From: Macrostomum hystrix
Taxonomy: Eukaryota > Animalia > Platyhelminthes
Length of the DNA stretch: 64,000 nt
Assembly: GCA_950097015.1 (NCBI GenBank)
Contig: CATNEN010000001.1
Location: forward strand, 13,082,001-13,146,000
Direction of reading: 5' to 3'
Shown here piece after piece: positions 1 to 12,770 of this stretch; the stretch's first letter is position 1; each line of letters opens with the position of its first letter. Made by a program: the position numbers and the translations under genes. The notes under the pieces are model-generated. The model was not told where the DNA came from and did not search any database. It saw only the letters and a list, made by a program, of their open reading frames with translations.

Positions 1-654
1 GTAGAGTTGGAACGTATATCCACAGAAGAGCAATTAAACCTGTTTCTGAATAATCTTCAAGACAAACAATTTGCTTCGCAAATCGAGCAGTCAAGTGCAG
101 CTGCTTTTTCCATGGAGGAGACAGTAGAGTTGGAACGTATATCCACAGAAGAGCAATTAAACCTGTTTCTGAATAATCTTCAAGACAAACAATTTGCTTC
201 GCAAATCAAGACACATTTGGTTCGGCATGGTGGAAAGTGTGGAGCAGATTCGGTTCGTCGAATGTTAAAAGCACTTTTTTCATCTTCGTTTCTCTCTCGC
301 TTTAATCGCAATGGACTAAATGGCAAACTCAAGTTCAAAGGAGTACTTGAGGACTTCATTAAAGACTGTGCTATTGCTGCTGACGACACGCTTGACCATC
401 AGATCATTGAGAAAACCATAGCTTCCTGCATTAAGGTTGCTCTCAATGAATGCCGTAGCCTCTCAGGTGCATGTGCAGATGGAGGAACAGATTTTGGTAG
501 AAGCGACCAAGACCGAGAGAAAACACGAAGACCAAGATCAAGAGACCAAGAGACTAGAAGACGAAGACCAAGATCAAGAGACCAGAGCCAAGAGCCAAGA
601 GACAAGACACACAGATCTGTGCGGTACATTTCGCCGATCTCTGATGTGGATTAA
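1..654 (+). CDS. DUF4806-like protein, probable CACTA/EnSpm companion ORF (5'-truncated by window edge)
   Basis: ORF 7..654 with pattern 'GG..GADSVRRMLKALFS...FNRNGLNGKLKF', resembling DUF4806; RSRDQ-repeat C-terminus; lies just upstream of an EnSpm-type transposase on the same strand. Bases 1-84 recur at 124-207. Confidence 0.55.
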   Translation, partial: VELERISTEEQLNLFLNNLQDKQFASQIEQSSAAAFSMEETVELERISTEEQLNLFLNNLQDKQFASQIKTHLVRHGGKCGADSVRRMLKALFSSSFLSRFNRNGLNGKLKFKGVLEDFIKDCAIAADDTLDHQIIEKTIASCIKVALNECRSLSGACADGGTDFGRSDQDREKTRRPRSRDQETRRRRPRSRDQSQEPRDKTHRSVRYISPISDVD

Positions 655-740
655 CTATCAATAGAATTTTATAGTAATCTAAGATAGTTTTCAAGGCCTT
701 ATTATTTATCATTCAAATTCATCTTTCTAGTAGTGCGTAT

Positions 741-937
741 GGGGCGCTATCACAAACCCTAAAAATCACATTCCCTAAAAGCAGTCTAAATCATAAACCC
801 TAAATATCATAACCCCTAAAAATCGCATTCTCTGAAATCTGACAGGACACATCACAAATTTTTTTATCACCTTTTAGTAGTAGCCCTTATCTTTTGGAAT
901 TTAGAGAATGTGATTTTTAGGGTTTGTGATGCCCCCC
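741..937. mobile_element. ~200-bp MITE
   Basis: Terminal inverted repeats ggggcgctatcacaaaccctaaaaatcacattc / gaatgtgatttttagggtttgtgatgcccccc; imperfect flanking duplication gtgcgta/gtgcata; internal (c)cctaaa subrepeats. Confidence 0.7.
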
Positions 938-1289
938 GTGCATAAACACCGCGCTTTAGCTTCATGCAAAATGCAAAATGAGCACCCTAATTTTTGTGTG
1001 GTCTAGACTCAACCTTTTATTTCATTTTGCTGTTTGTCTTAGATATCATTTACACTTGAAGTCAAAATTTGCTGCTTTAGTTATATTTAGCTATTGCTGA
1101 CTTAGATTAAAACTGGACACATTGTACGTTGTAATTTAATATTTTGCTATGGTTTATAGCACCCCCAATATTTGCACAAACTTTATCTTCACGTACCATT
1201 TAAAAAACTATGGAATATGGGACTACTTAGTTGTGAATATGCCGATAGTTTTGGATTTACCTCTGTTGTCTGTTGTCTATCTCTTACAG

Positions 1290-2844
1290 GCTGGACGAAG
1301 GCATGTATTGCGCATGTCCTGGCAGTCCATTGAGGACATAGAGGAGCCTTCCGGTGTGGCGTCTTTTCCTAGTGAGTCTCCTTGTGCCACTGAAGACGAG
1401 GAGTATTATGATGAGTATGACTTAAGCAATTCGGAAGCAGCCCTTTTTTCGGATGAAGATGCTGCGGGTATTGCGGACGAGCCTGTCGTCGGTATTGCAG
1501 AACAATTAGCCGAGCCTGATTTTTCTGGTAATGGTGCTGCCAGTGGTGTAAGATCAGGTAGTGGTAGCATATTTCCAGAGTTATGCACATTTTTTGTTCT
1601 CTTCAACCTTCCACGCTCTGCAATTGTTTTCCTTGTTCGACTTCTTGCCAGGTTTGGTTTAGAAGTCCAAACAACGTATTGTGCATTTCGACGATACGTT
1701 TCTAACTCTCATCCACAAGCCAAATCAATGCGTAATGGCAACTACGCCTACTTTTCTTTGTCCGATAATCTGCGCTATGCCTTTCAAAATTCCTTGTTGG
1801 GTAACGAGTCTCGTTCTGGTGAGGTGCAACTTTCGCTTAAGGTCAATGTTGATGGCTTGCCGCTATGGAAAAGCTCGTCGGTTGAATTTTGGCCTATCTT
1901 GGTGCAGTTGGCATATGTAAGCACGTTTTTCCCGTTTCCATTTTCTGTGGCACTGGAAAGCCTCCCTTGAATCTGTTCCTCCAAGACTTTATTCGCGAAG
2001 TCAACGTTCTTAACGAGACAGGAATTTCTATTGATGGAACTGTATTTCGGATTTCTAATGTGTACTTTATCTGTGACAGGGTTGCGCGTTCTTATTTGCA
2101 ATGTGTTAAGTCACATGCTTCGAAGCTGGGATGCAGTTACTGTCGAAGTCGAGGAAGTTTCGCTGAAAATAGGGTGGTTTACCAAACTTCTGTAGGCATT
2201 AAAAGAACGGATGCGGACTACAAATCTGGTCTTGAGAATAACCAACTGCAGATTTCGCCACTCATAGACATTGCAAACTTGCAGTCTGGTTTCCCTGTTG
2301 ATTACCAGCATTCTGTATGTTTGGGAGTTGTTCGCCGATTGTTTAAGTTTTTTTTCTCCACCGTAAAGGGTTTTCGTCTTCGTTGTAAAGTACACTCAAC
2401 TGCTTTGGCTGAGCTGTCTGAAAAGTCGGTTTCTTTGGCGAAATTTATACGAAATGAGTTTCAGCGACGGCCAAGACGATTTGATACCGAGCTCGCTCAT
2501 TTTAAGGCAACAGAATTCAGACTTTTTTGCTGTATTTGGGACCATATCTTTTTAAGAAGTATCTGCCGATAAACTTTTACAATAATTTTTTGCTCCTTCA
2601 TTTCTCTATTTACGTTTTTGCAGCCAAGCGGCTTCAGCATCTCAATTTGAATGCTGAGAGTTGCATCAAGCGGTTTGTTAAACAAGTCCCCATTCTGTTC
2701 GGCGAAACAGCTATGTCCTACAACTTTCACGCTATTTTGCACCTTAGCGAGTTTTTTCCATTGGGTGTACTTGATGATTTTTCAACATTTACTTTTGAAC
2801 ATTTTCTGGGAATTCTTAAACCGCGTCAAAAAAAACGCTTGTGA
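1290..2844 (+). pseudogene. CACTA/EnSpm-family transposase, frameshifted and 3'-truncated
   Basis: Motifs spread over three overlapping ORFs: NVDGLPLWKSS..FWPIL; FICDRVARSYL..KSH...GCSYC; PVDYQHSVCLGV; EFQRRPR...FKATEFR; YNFHAILHL...FTFEHFLG. Frameshifts near 1930 and 2525. Acceptor ttacag at ~1289. Confidence 0.8.
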
Positions 2845-3441
2845 CAACTGTAACAACTATAGACAACACATATTTACACAAATTTACACACTTAGTACAC
2901 TTCTCTGGTGTACCGTGCCTTCTCTATTATCTTACTTCGGCATGTTCGGCTTCAGGGTGTTCAAGGTGATGCGACACTTGTGCCCATCTGGCCTCACAGG
3001 TCCTGGTTTAGCACAGAAGAAGCATCCGCTAAACTTATGTACATTCCTCTCTGTGATGTACTCCATATCTTGCTTATTCTGCATCGAAATCATGCCTCTT
3101 CCCATAGGCTTTTTCTTTTCTTCCTGGCTTCCAGACATTGTCTGATTACCGAACATTGACTGTGTTCCACCACTTCCAAATAGTGGAGGGATACCTGGCT
3201 GCTGATTCATCAGCACCGCTATTATCAGCATAATAATCGACATTTTCTATGAACTCTTCGTTCTACTTGATAATCTACTCTATTCTCGATTGAGGCCGTT
3301 TCTCTAATCCTTTCCGCTGCCACCAAAGTTGTAACAGGGCTTGTCTCTCTACTTTTCTCTCTTTCTTGGTAGCGTATCTTTTGGCCTCTTCTGTTCTTTT
3401 AGCTCCTTCTCTACTGTTCACGTTCTCCGTATGTCTTTAAC

Positions 3442-3467
3442 TCGGTGGCCCTGAAAAGGGCCGTTTT
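3442..3467 (-). promoter_or_regulatory. Histone-mRNA-type 3' stem-loop with no histone gene attached
   Basis: Minus strand reads AAAAC-GGCCCT-TTTC-AGGGCC-ACCGA, matching the metazoan 6-bp stem / 4-nt loop consensus and its flanks. Confidence 0.7.
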
Positions 3468-4799
3468 AACACCACAACTCTTACGTTGTGAGATTCTCCT
3501 AGGTAGCGCTTCTGCACTGGCACGAGCGGTTTATCCCTCTAAGGCACTGATCTCTTATTCTCCAGTCTCTGCTGGGCGTTTCTCCAGGATCAGAGGGTCA
3601 CAGCCTCAATCCTTGTCTTATCTTCACACTTGAAGGTATCTCCTTAATAAGTGACACAACACGTTGGCTTTTGTTCAAACAGATCTTTAACTCAGTTATT
3701 GCCTTTTCGGCTCACTGGCGGGTTGTATTATTACCACAGAAACTCCCTGCTTATATAGCATTTATAAACTTTGTTTTAATAGCGCGAATTTACTAAACTA
3801 CGAGTATAAAAAATATTTATAATATGTACCTATATATAATATATATATCGCAAGAAAATATTATAGCGCGAGAAATGAAATTACTACTAGCTAAAATGCA
3901 AAATATATAGAACTACTACACATTCTTTCCACGCGACGATGCCCAAACCGATACATAGGTGGGCTTCGGGCCACGGCCGACAGCGGCAATGGCAAAGGCA
4001 GCGCTTGCGAGCACGGCGGCCGCACCCGCTGCGCTGTCAATGGGGGGCGCGGCCGCACCAGCGGACTTCCCCGTTTTACTCATTCGTGCTGTTGGGATCA
4101 TAGTGCTGGTGGGCGGTACTAGAACTGCCGAACGTATCCGCCTCACTTTTGATTGTGCCGACTTCTGCGTAGGCACTTCTTTTGGCGCGTCTGAACCCGT
4201 ATCCTCGTCTGAATCACTGACCTCCAGGTCGGCAGCCAGCTCGGCGTCGGTGAGCCGCAAGGCTAGCTCAGCGGTTCGCCTAGCCAGGCTGTCACGACCG
4301 CCCTAGACCGTCTATAGTTACTCCACTCAGTGTTAATTCGGGCCTTGTTGCTTTGGCCGTCTAGTGCATCAGCGACGGCTTGTTATTCGCGGACTCGCAA
4401 GATTCGCTTGATTCGCAAGCCGTCCTTTCGCCTCAAGCTTCCGAAGGCCTGCTATCTCTGCTTAAAGCTGCTCCTGATACCGGCGCTTCCACTCTATGCT
4501 CAACCGCGCCCAAATGCGCCGATTTCTACCATAAGCAGTTAGCTGAGTCTCCGGCTTCATAATTTCTAGGAATTAATGACTGGAGTTAGTAATTCGGATT
4601 AGTTATACCTGCCCCACCCTGATTGAGTTAATTTGTTAGTACCATGGATATAAATTGAATGAAAACTTCGGCTAATCCGCCAAATCAGTGTTAGTGCTGA
4701 TTAAACATTGCCTACCATGGCTAAATAAGGTGCACTAGTGAAAGGGGGAAAGGGAAGGAACTGGCTATCTTGTTCACACCTATGTCACCCTCTACTCTT

Positions 4800-5480
4800 T
4801 ACTAATGTAACGCCTATAGCGACTTATGGGCTGGAACCCAGACAGCACATGGTTTGGATTTCTTTGTTGTTATTCCATCGCTTGTCTGTTTCAATCGCCT
4901 GCGCTTCGCATTCTCGATTTGCTTTGACTTTCCTCGGTTCCTCAAGAGCCCAAGCTCCACACTAGACGTCATGTAGACGTTATCTTCGCTAGCGTCTGTA
5001 GCCACTGCATAACCGACAGGCGCGGCGGCGTTATTCGCGGCTCCAGACTCGTTGGGTTTTGTGGTCGCGAGTTCGCGAGTAATTAAGAGCTAGGGGGTGA
5101 TTTTGTTGAGTCTCATATGAGATCAAAAAGGTTTGATTATTGCTGGATCGGGTGCAGTATATTTATAGTGTATAGTGTATTTTTGCGATTCCGGCAGTTT
5201 CTAGAAATATACTGTACGGTAAAACAAATTTAATTAGGCTATTTATTATTAGATGCAATCGCATGCGGAGTTTATGCTAGATATACAATAATTTATGGTG
5301 AATTATGCAATTATTGTACTATAGGAATATTCTGAGAAAAATTGCGAAGTTAAATATGTACTATATCGAAGAATTTTCTAGAAATCAATGTTTTCGTACT
5401 GTATAGTATGTACTCGAAGGTCAATTGAATATCGTACAAAAGTTTCGCGATTTATGGTCACTACAACAGTCCCCCCGCAG
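4800..5480 (-). repeat. Probable 3' LTR with polypurine tract of the Gypsy element (distal end uncertain)
   Basis: Minus strand: G-rich tract gcggggggac followed by TGTTGTAGTGACC at ~5468, directly downstream of the integrase remnant; TATAAAT at ~5161-5167. Confidence 0.45.
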
Positions 5481-5589
5481 AAGATGGAGTCCTGATGGTG
5501 AATGAATATGCACACGAGGAAAACTGGAGATTATGGTATGGGGTGCCGAAGCTGCAGACGTATGAAATGCAGTGTGAGGCAACTACAAG

Positions 5590-6960
5590 TTGAATGCAAA
5601 TGTACAGTGCATGCTACGCTCTCGGCGGTGACGGACTCAAGCGGCGTCGCCTCGATTCAGCTGGTGCTGCGATCGATCATGGTGAGCATGTATCGAGGGG
5701 TCAGCCCGCAGTTGACGTACTTCCTGTCTGGTACTGGGAGCGGACCGACAATGTCGATATGAACGATTTCGAGTCTGTCTGTTTCGTGTGGCGTCCGATT
5801 TTGCTTCGTTGGCAGGTTTCGCACGCTAGGCAATACCTCTTGATGTCGTATGTCGGGTTGTCAACAGGCTGGCGGTCTTGCGGACTCCGTAGTGGCCGAG
5901 TTGTCCACAGGTACTCACGTGGCTTCTTGAGCGACTTGGTGACCAGGCTTAGCAGCGGCGCGGCGGTGTGGCTGAACTGAGGGATGAAACGCCGGTAGAA
6001 TCCGATCGTGCCGAGGAATCTGCGCAGGGCCTGTGCGTTGCGGGGAACCGGCCACTCCGCGGATGGCGTCGACCTTGGAGTCGAGCGGTCGAATCCCGTC
6101 TGCTGTCACCCGGTGTCCTAGGAAAGTGATCTCCTTCTGCAGAAAAGCGCACTTGCTGAGCTGGACCTTTAAGCCATGTTGTTCTAGGCGCTGAAGAACT
6201 CGTTCGAGCACTCGAAGGTGATCGTCCTCGTCCTTGGAATAGACCAGGAGGTCGTCCACGTATGCGAGAACGCCGTCGATGCCTCGGAGGACGGTGTCGA
6301 TAAATCGCTGAAAAGTCTGACCTGCGTTGCGAAGACCGAATGGCATGCGGGTCCATTCGTAGAGTCCAAACGGCGTGATGATTGCAGACTTCGGTATATC
6401 GTCCTCGGCGATGGGAATCTGATGATAGGCTCGGACGAGATCCAACTTGGAGAAAGTCTTGGTGCCGTGGAGATATCTCGTGAAGCACTGAATGTGTGGC
6501 ACTGTGTAATGATTTGGCTGAGTGATCTTGTTCAGCTGTCGGTAGTCGCCACAGGGTCGCCATTTCCCGTTTGGGACTCCGTCGTCCTTTTTAGGCACCA
6601 TGTGTAGTGGCGATGCCCAACTGCTAGACGATGGGCGTAGATATCCGGCATCTATCAACTGTTGAAATTCGTCCTTTGCGATGGGCAGCTTCTCGGGATG
6701 TAGTTGTCTTGCCTTGGCGTGAGTCGGTTGATGTTCGCCTGTGACAATGACGTGCCGTGTGTCTTGTTTTACCTCCTCGGCTGGCGGCAGAGGACCCCCC
6801 TCCACGTACGTGAAGGTCTCCTTTAATTTGTCGATTAGCTGCCGCACGCGTGCATCGCAGTTGTCGGGGAAGGCTAGAGAGACGCTGACTGTGTCGAGCT
6901 GTAGGGCGGCGACTGGCAGAGTTGCTAGCGTTTGGAGCAGCCAAGGCAGCAGCAGAACTA
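5590..6960 (-). mobile_element. Ty3/Gypsy pol remnant: RT largely intact, RNase H deleted, integrase fragments
   Basis: ORF 5915..7009 has [56 protein letters not shown]. Downstream frames give GHYGVRKT...CLACETCQRSK (zinc-binding) and VHIDIVGPLP...MIDRSTS*IEA (integrase core with a stop). Confidence 0.9.
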
Positions 6961-9900
6961 ATAGTACCAGTAGTAGCAGACACAGCTCCACTGGCAACAG
7001 CTTGATCACCTGTCGAAGCAGACGATGTCACATCACCAATCAGAGCGAAGACATCAGGTTCAATGTCCATGGATTCACTACCATCTTCATCAATCATTGG
7101 GCTGGGGGGTTGAAGCATCTGCTTGCCCCTGATGACTGGTGCATGAAGTACAGCTGGCGCTACTGATTGCACAGCAGCTTGAGTCTCTCGCCCCTCACCA
7201 TTATCATCATCAGCAGCAGCATTGCTGATGTCTTTGTCGTGGCGACGACCACTAATTGGAGTCACAAAGTCCTCACTAGAGCTGGTGCTGCTGGTTCTGG
7301 ATCTGATGACTCCATTGATGACTTGACTGAGCGCACTCATTCGTTGCATTGCTGCATCTTTCTCCTTGCAGCGCTTTGCTGCTCCCATGACAATTCGTCG
7401 AAACGAGCGCTCAGCTTCTTCATTACCGGGGAGCAGCTGATGATTTCGATGAGCCTTGGTATTTTTTGCAGCACCTTGTTCGTTGAACACAGAGACCTCA
7501 GAGCACTGCCAGCATACTGTCCATTTCACTTTTTCACATTTTTCATGGCGATCGGATCAGAGTCCTCCTTGCTGACATTTGATACTAAAAATGTTTATAC
7601 TAATAAGCATCACTAAAAATGACACGGAAAAATATCTAAAACAATATTACACTCATGAATTTTGGAAAGCCTGTTGACTAACCTCCTCGAATGTACTCGA
7701 CTGCAGCATCGAAGTCAGCTGCATGGCTTATTTACAGATTGTGCAATCTATTTTCAAAGTATCACAATTTTGCGGGTCATTTTTGCGAATATTAGTTTTC
7801 TGAGGCATGGTAATACTTGAAAATTACAAATTATGCCTCAAGCGTATAGTTATAAAACGGGACTTCAGTGACTACCAAACTAAATGGTTCTTTGAAAACA
7901 TGAAATTTATATTGACACTAAAAAGTGCTACCAAATGCTATTTGTTGCGTTATAAAAAAATTAGACTAGTATTTTTACTCGCGAAAAGGGAGTCTCGTTT
8001 GTGTTGTTCTAATGAGATATATTTCGTACAGATAATTGTTGTGCTTGTGGTAGCGTGGTACACACAAATGGTGGAAATAACCAAGACAGGAACTAGAGCC
8101 TGACTCACGGATTGTCTGGAGGCTGCTCAGCAGTCTACAGCACATCATTCTCCTCCAGCTAAAGGATGACGGTCAACACCGGCTGGCCGTCAGCCGCACA
8201 TAAACAAAACTCACGTAAGTACCTTTTTATTCTCATATTAACTTCGAAATCATAACTCATTAATGGCGCACGAAACCAAAAACAAACAACTAAAAACAAA
8301 AAAACACTAGACGAAGAAAACTGGATAAAAAGGATCAAACCGACAACAAGACATGGGCGAGCACACCAAACATAAACAATAGGCGCACACAAACAAAGAA
8401 AACATAAATGGACTACATAAAAAAATAAAGCCGCGCTAATATGTCGGTGGCATGTGTCATGTCCTGGATAAAGAAAACTTTTTTACTACTCGCCGTGGCC
8501 CTCAGAACCTGGCCATCCGGATCATTGCTTCCGGGTACCACGTACCCTCAATTAATTCCACTACCGCCTGTCCATAGCGGGCCACGAGATGGTGAGGTGT
8601 GCGGGCGGACCTCCTAGTATTACCTCGGCTCGAGCGGCCGCTTTATGTACCATCTCGAGCCTCGTAGCTCGTTGTTCTTCGGCGAAGGCCCTCTGCGTGG
8701 CGGCCGGCCAGCCGTCGTCCAACTGTACCCGTACAGCGCGCACCAGGGACTCCATTACTGCCTGCGTGGCAGCTTCGCGGTCGGCCGCCCGCATGCCCCA
8801 TTGGGCCCGTTTCTGGCGGCGCCGCTTCTTCTTCTTGCTTTTTGTCGCCTTTCGGCATAGCTCACCGGGAGTCCCTTACTCTAGCTCTTACGCTTCGCAG
8901 CTGCGTAGGTGGCGTGCCATGTTGGTGGCTGCCAGGAGGCGCCCGCACGATGGGCAGGCCTTTCGGATGCCTCTCTCCGGTGATTCACGATGGTTTTGTT
9001 TAAAGAGGTCCCACGGTTCGTTATGCCGTGATCACTCTGCCGGGTGCGGTTTTGCCCGCGGGACGTGGTTTTCAAATCACGGCCGCGGGCCTCACCGCCC
9101 CCCGGTTCCTTTTTTGCCAGACTGGCACGCCAGTGCTTATATATAAATATAATAGTTAAAAGCTGATTCAACGCATGAGAGAAAAAAAACGCGTTAAAAA
9201 TGTTTAAAATGTTAAAAATATAGAGTCAAGGAAATAACAAATAAGCACACGGCAGTAGAAATTATGTGCTCCAATACCTACTCAGTAGAAAAAAGAGTAG
9301 TGTGCAAAGAAAATGTAGAACTTATGTTAAAGGCATATAATGTTATAAGAAAGAATCTGTCTATAGGAGAAAGTGTTATAAGTCGGGCATGTGAAATTAA
9401 TTGTTAAGAAATCTCTGAATGAATTGTTAGTAGTTGGCTTGCTCCAATGAAGTACAGCAATTCTGAAGGGGAAGAGCAATGTAACGTCACAATTTAACGA
9501 AGAGTGTGAAGAAATGAGGAGTGATTTCTCTCTGAAAGAGTTATTAGTAGCTGACATGTTTCAGTGAATTAAGGTAACTCAGAAGGGGAGGTGAAGTTTT
9601 CGGAGTGTTCCTGGATTGAAGTCCAGAAGCCCAGAGAGTAGTAGACTCTGGGAAAGTCATTGACAAGTTGTGAAGTCATGACTAAGTGATCAGTCCCAAA
9701 AGGCTGAGAAGAAGGCGCAGTGCTGATCTGAGGGATCAGATGTAGAGCCAGTGTTGTGGAATTTTGTAGAGTCACAAAGGTTGCCTAAAGTGGCCTACCT
9801 GAAGAAAGACACACTGTGGCCTGATGATCAGATGAGGACTGTGTTGTGATGTGAACAGGCATGATTGTGGCCTGAAGTAAGAAGTGAAGAGGCACAGGAG

Positions 9901-12770
9901 ATTGCCTGAAGAGGTCTATCTGAATAAGGGCGCTGTTATGGCCTGAAGTGTGTTTAAGAGAGGCAAATGAGGCCTAAAGAAATAAGAGGAGACTCCTGTA
10001 TGAAATTGGAGAAGGCACGTGGCCTAAAGATAATCAAATAAGAAATTATGTAAGCAGAGTAAATAGATTAGAGAAGGCAGATGAGTCAACAGGAATAAAT
10101 TAGGAAATTGGATATTGCCCGCATGCCAGTTAAATTAAGTGACAGATGGTCGATAAGTAACTATTAATGAGCACCTTCCTAGTTGTGAGAAGTAATTGAA
10201 ATAATGAGGTGACGATGAAGAATGTGACAACTGTGCGACATACTGTGTAAATAGTCGTATAAACACGCTTTAAACGTTGTGAAAATAGTATTAAGTGTTG
10301 TCTTTGAATATTTCTGTTGTATAAACCGAAAGGAATAAGTTAGGTGTGCTACTGTGAGTAGATGTGGGAGCACACTTAAGCTCAATATCCTCGCCATTAG
10401 AAAGGGTGAGAGTGATGGCACTCAGCCATGCGGGAGCCGCCACGAGACGCCGGGTACCAGCAGAATAGTAAATCGGGAGAGCCGCGAACATCAGGGCAAT
10501 GCGAGAGCCGCAATGGAGCAGCATACCGCCCAACAGTCTTAAGGTAATTCCCATTGCAGGTAGTCTCCTTGGGGAGCGTGCAACCGGTAGGGTTGGAGGC
10601 AGTGACGGCGACCCAGGAAGCGCCGCGAGTTTCCCCGCCTACGCAGTCAGCCCCTCCGTCAAAACTACCGCGACGGGAGCACCGTTCCTCAGTCATCAAA
10701 AATCTCGCGCCTGAACAAGCCGAACCACAGACTGAGCCGCCAGTCGAAGCAGTAGCGCCGCAGCGCACTGTCTACGAACTGATCTCGCCCGCGACAACCA
10801 TCCGGGGCAACGATTGGCATGACCAGTCGTGCAATGCGAAGTACAGCCAGACAGATGACAAAGCTGACATAGATTGGGCCGCTGAATCGTTTGTAATGGT
10901 CATTGGTCAACCAACAAGACACTACCTTCCCTCAAGAATGGAACAAGATCCGGCTACAATGCCCCGGCGTCAACTGGCTACCGATGGCATTGGCAGTTGA
11001 TGAGCTTGAGGATCAACAATCACTGAAATTACTTGACAATTGAGAATCCGAACAGGTGTGCAAAGCCACCCTGCATGCACTTGTAGCCCGGTTTAAAAGA
11101 GTAGCTTTTGGAAAACAGCCAGATGAAGTGGACCCGGCCATTGAGCAATTTTATCGTGCTATGCCTTGTGGGTGTACCCCCAATTGCTGCGCAGCACCGT
11201 AGCCGCGTTCCAACGGGACTTGCGACACATGCGCAATGTTGCGCGAAAGTACAACACCTCTGTGTCATAGAGCAGATCCAAGGGTTCGCCTATGCCTTCA
11301 GCTGGGCAGGTCATCCACTGCCCGGAGCATTAGTATGAATTAATAATCACCCCTGTGACTAATAATCGCTATTCAATATTATAGCTTTGTAGTTCTGTTT
11401 TGTTTTGTGTATTAACGTGTATAGGCAACTATAAAACTTACCTGTCTACTGTGTTGTGCCAAGCATTTTTCTTCAGAAAAATTTTCTAAACTTTATTTTG
11501 TTATCAATTTTCATAAATTTTCTGTTTTTGGGGAGGTAGATGCAATAGGGCTGCTATGTCAGCACAAAATGTCCCAAAGCTGAGAGAACTACAAGGACTA
11601 CTCAAGTAACGTATATATAGGACGCTACACTCGTGTTTCATGGAAATAGTTTTGTAGGCAGGTTTTCCCGGAAAAATACACTACGGAGATAGGAAATTTC
11701 ACATGTTTCAACACTAAAACAGTGATTGTGTCTCCTAACAGTGTAAGAGAATATTCAAATTAGAATATTTTGTGCCTCGCATTCTGCTCTATTGACATAG
11801 GCCCTATAGGATTTTTTTCAAATTGGTCTTGTCATTATTTTTTTTTGTTTTTCAATTGACAGAAATACTTAAAATTCATGACATACAAAATATATACAAT
11901 TACATACAATGTTTTTTATCCGCTAAAAGACAGCAAATTATAAATAATATTTTTTTATTGATAATTCATTTTCGCGTTTTACTTGTAATGGTTTGCTTGT
12001 AATTTACGTAGCCACTTAGTCACTTAGCTTTTGAAAGTTAAATATTTATTTGAATGTTGAATGAATTAGATTGACTTAGCACTTAGCTAGTTAATGTTTA
12101 CAATACATTTAAATAATAAAGCTTTTGAAATGTAGATTCAATCCAAGTAAGTCAGAGGCCCAGAGTGCCCATATTCAAGTAATAAATTTGTATTATATTT
12201 CAATTGCTTTCAATTTATTTATATAGGCCTATTTTGTATTTTTTATTTTACCTAGTTAGTGACTTAATATGTAGCTAATAATAGCTAGCTAATGACAAAT
12301 GTGTACATTGTATTTTATATGCCTATTAACTAAATTTTAAGTGTCAGCTTGATTTAGCCAGGAATAGTGTAGTACCTTATAGGATAGCTAAACAGTAAAT
12401 TATATTATAGTCAACTGAATTTAAACATGATTATTTTGAGTAGCTGCTGGTTCAAGATTTTGAATTTGTTGACTCACTTAGCTTCTGTAGATTTTTATAC
12501 TTGAGAATGTTTTGAATTGTTAAATGTCTAATGTATAAAACTAATTTATTCACAAATCTCTAATAAGTTGATTTCAATGTGGAATATTGTCACCTGTGAT
12601 GTAGAAATAATATCTAATCATAGCTATAGATGGTATATACTTTGAGTTGAATACTTTGGTAGGCTAGGCCTAAGCCTATTTGATATATGACCTAAACCAA
12701 TAATAAATAAAGATATGTTTCCTAAAATTGTTTTCATTTATAGCAACATCTGTCATTATCACACTTTCAG

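Noticed and set aside
4040-4100. Histone H3 tail mimic (TARMSKTGKSAGAAAP)
   Set aside because: Weak, low-complexity similarity; no histone fold; the stop lies ~450 nt from the stem-loop.
10400-11340. Protein-coding gene from ORFs 10554..11000 and neighbours
   Set aside because: Several stops and frameshifts, no recognisable domain; at most a decayed unknown sequence.
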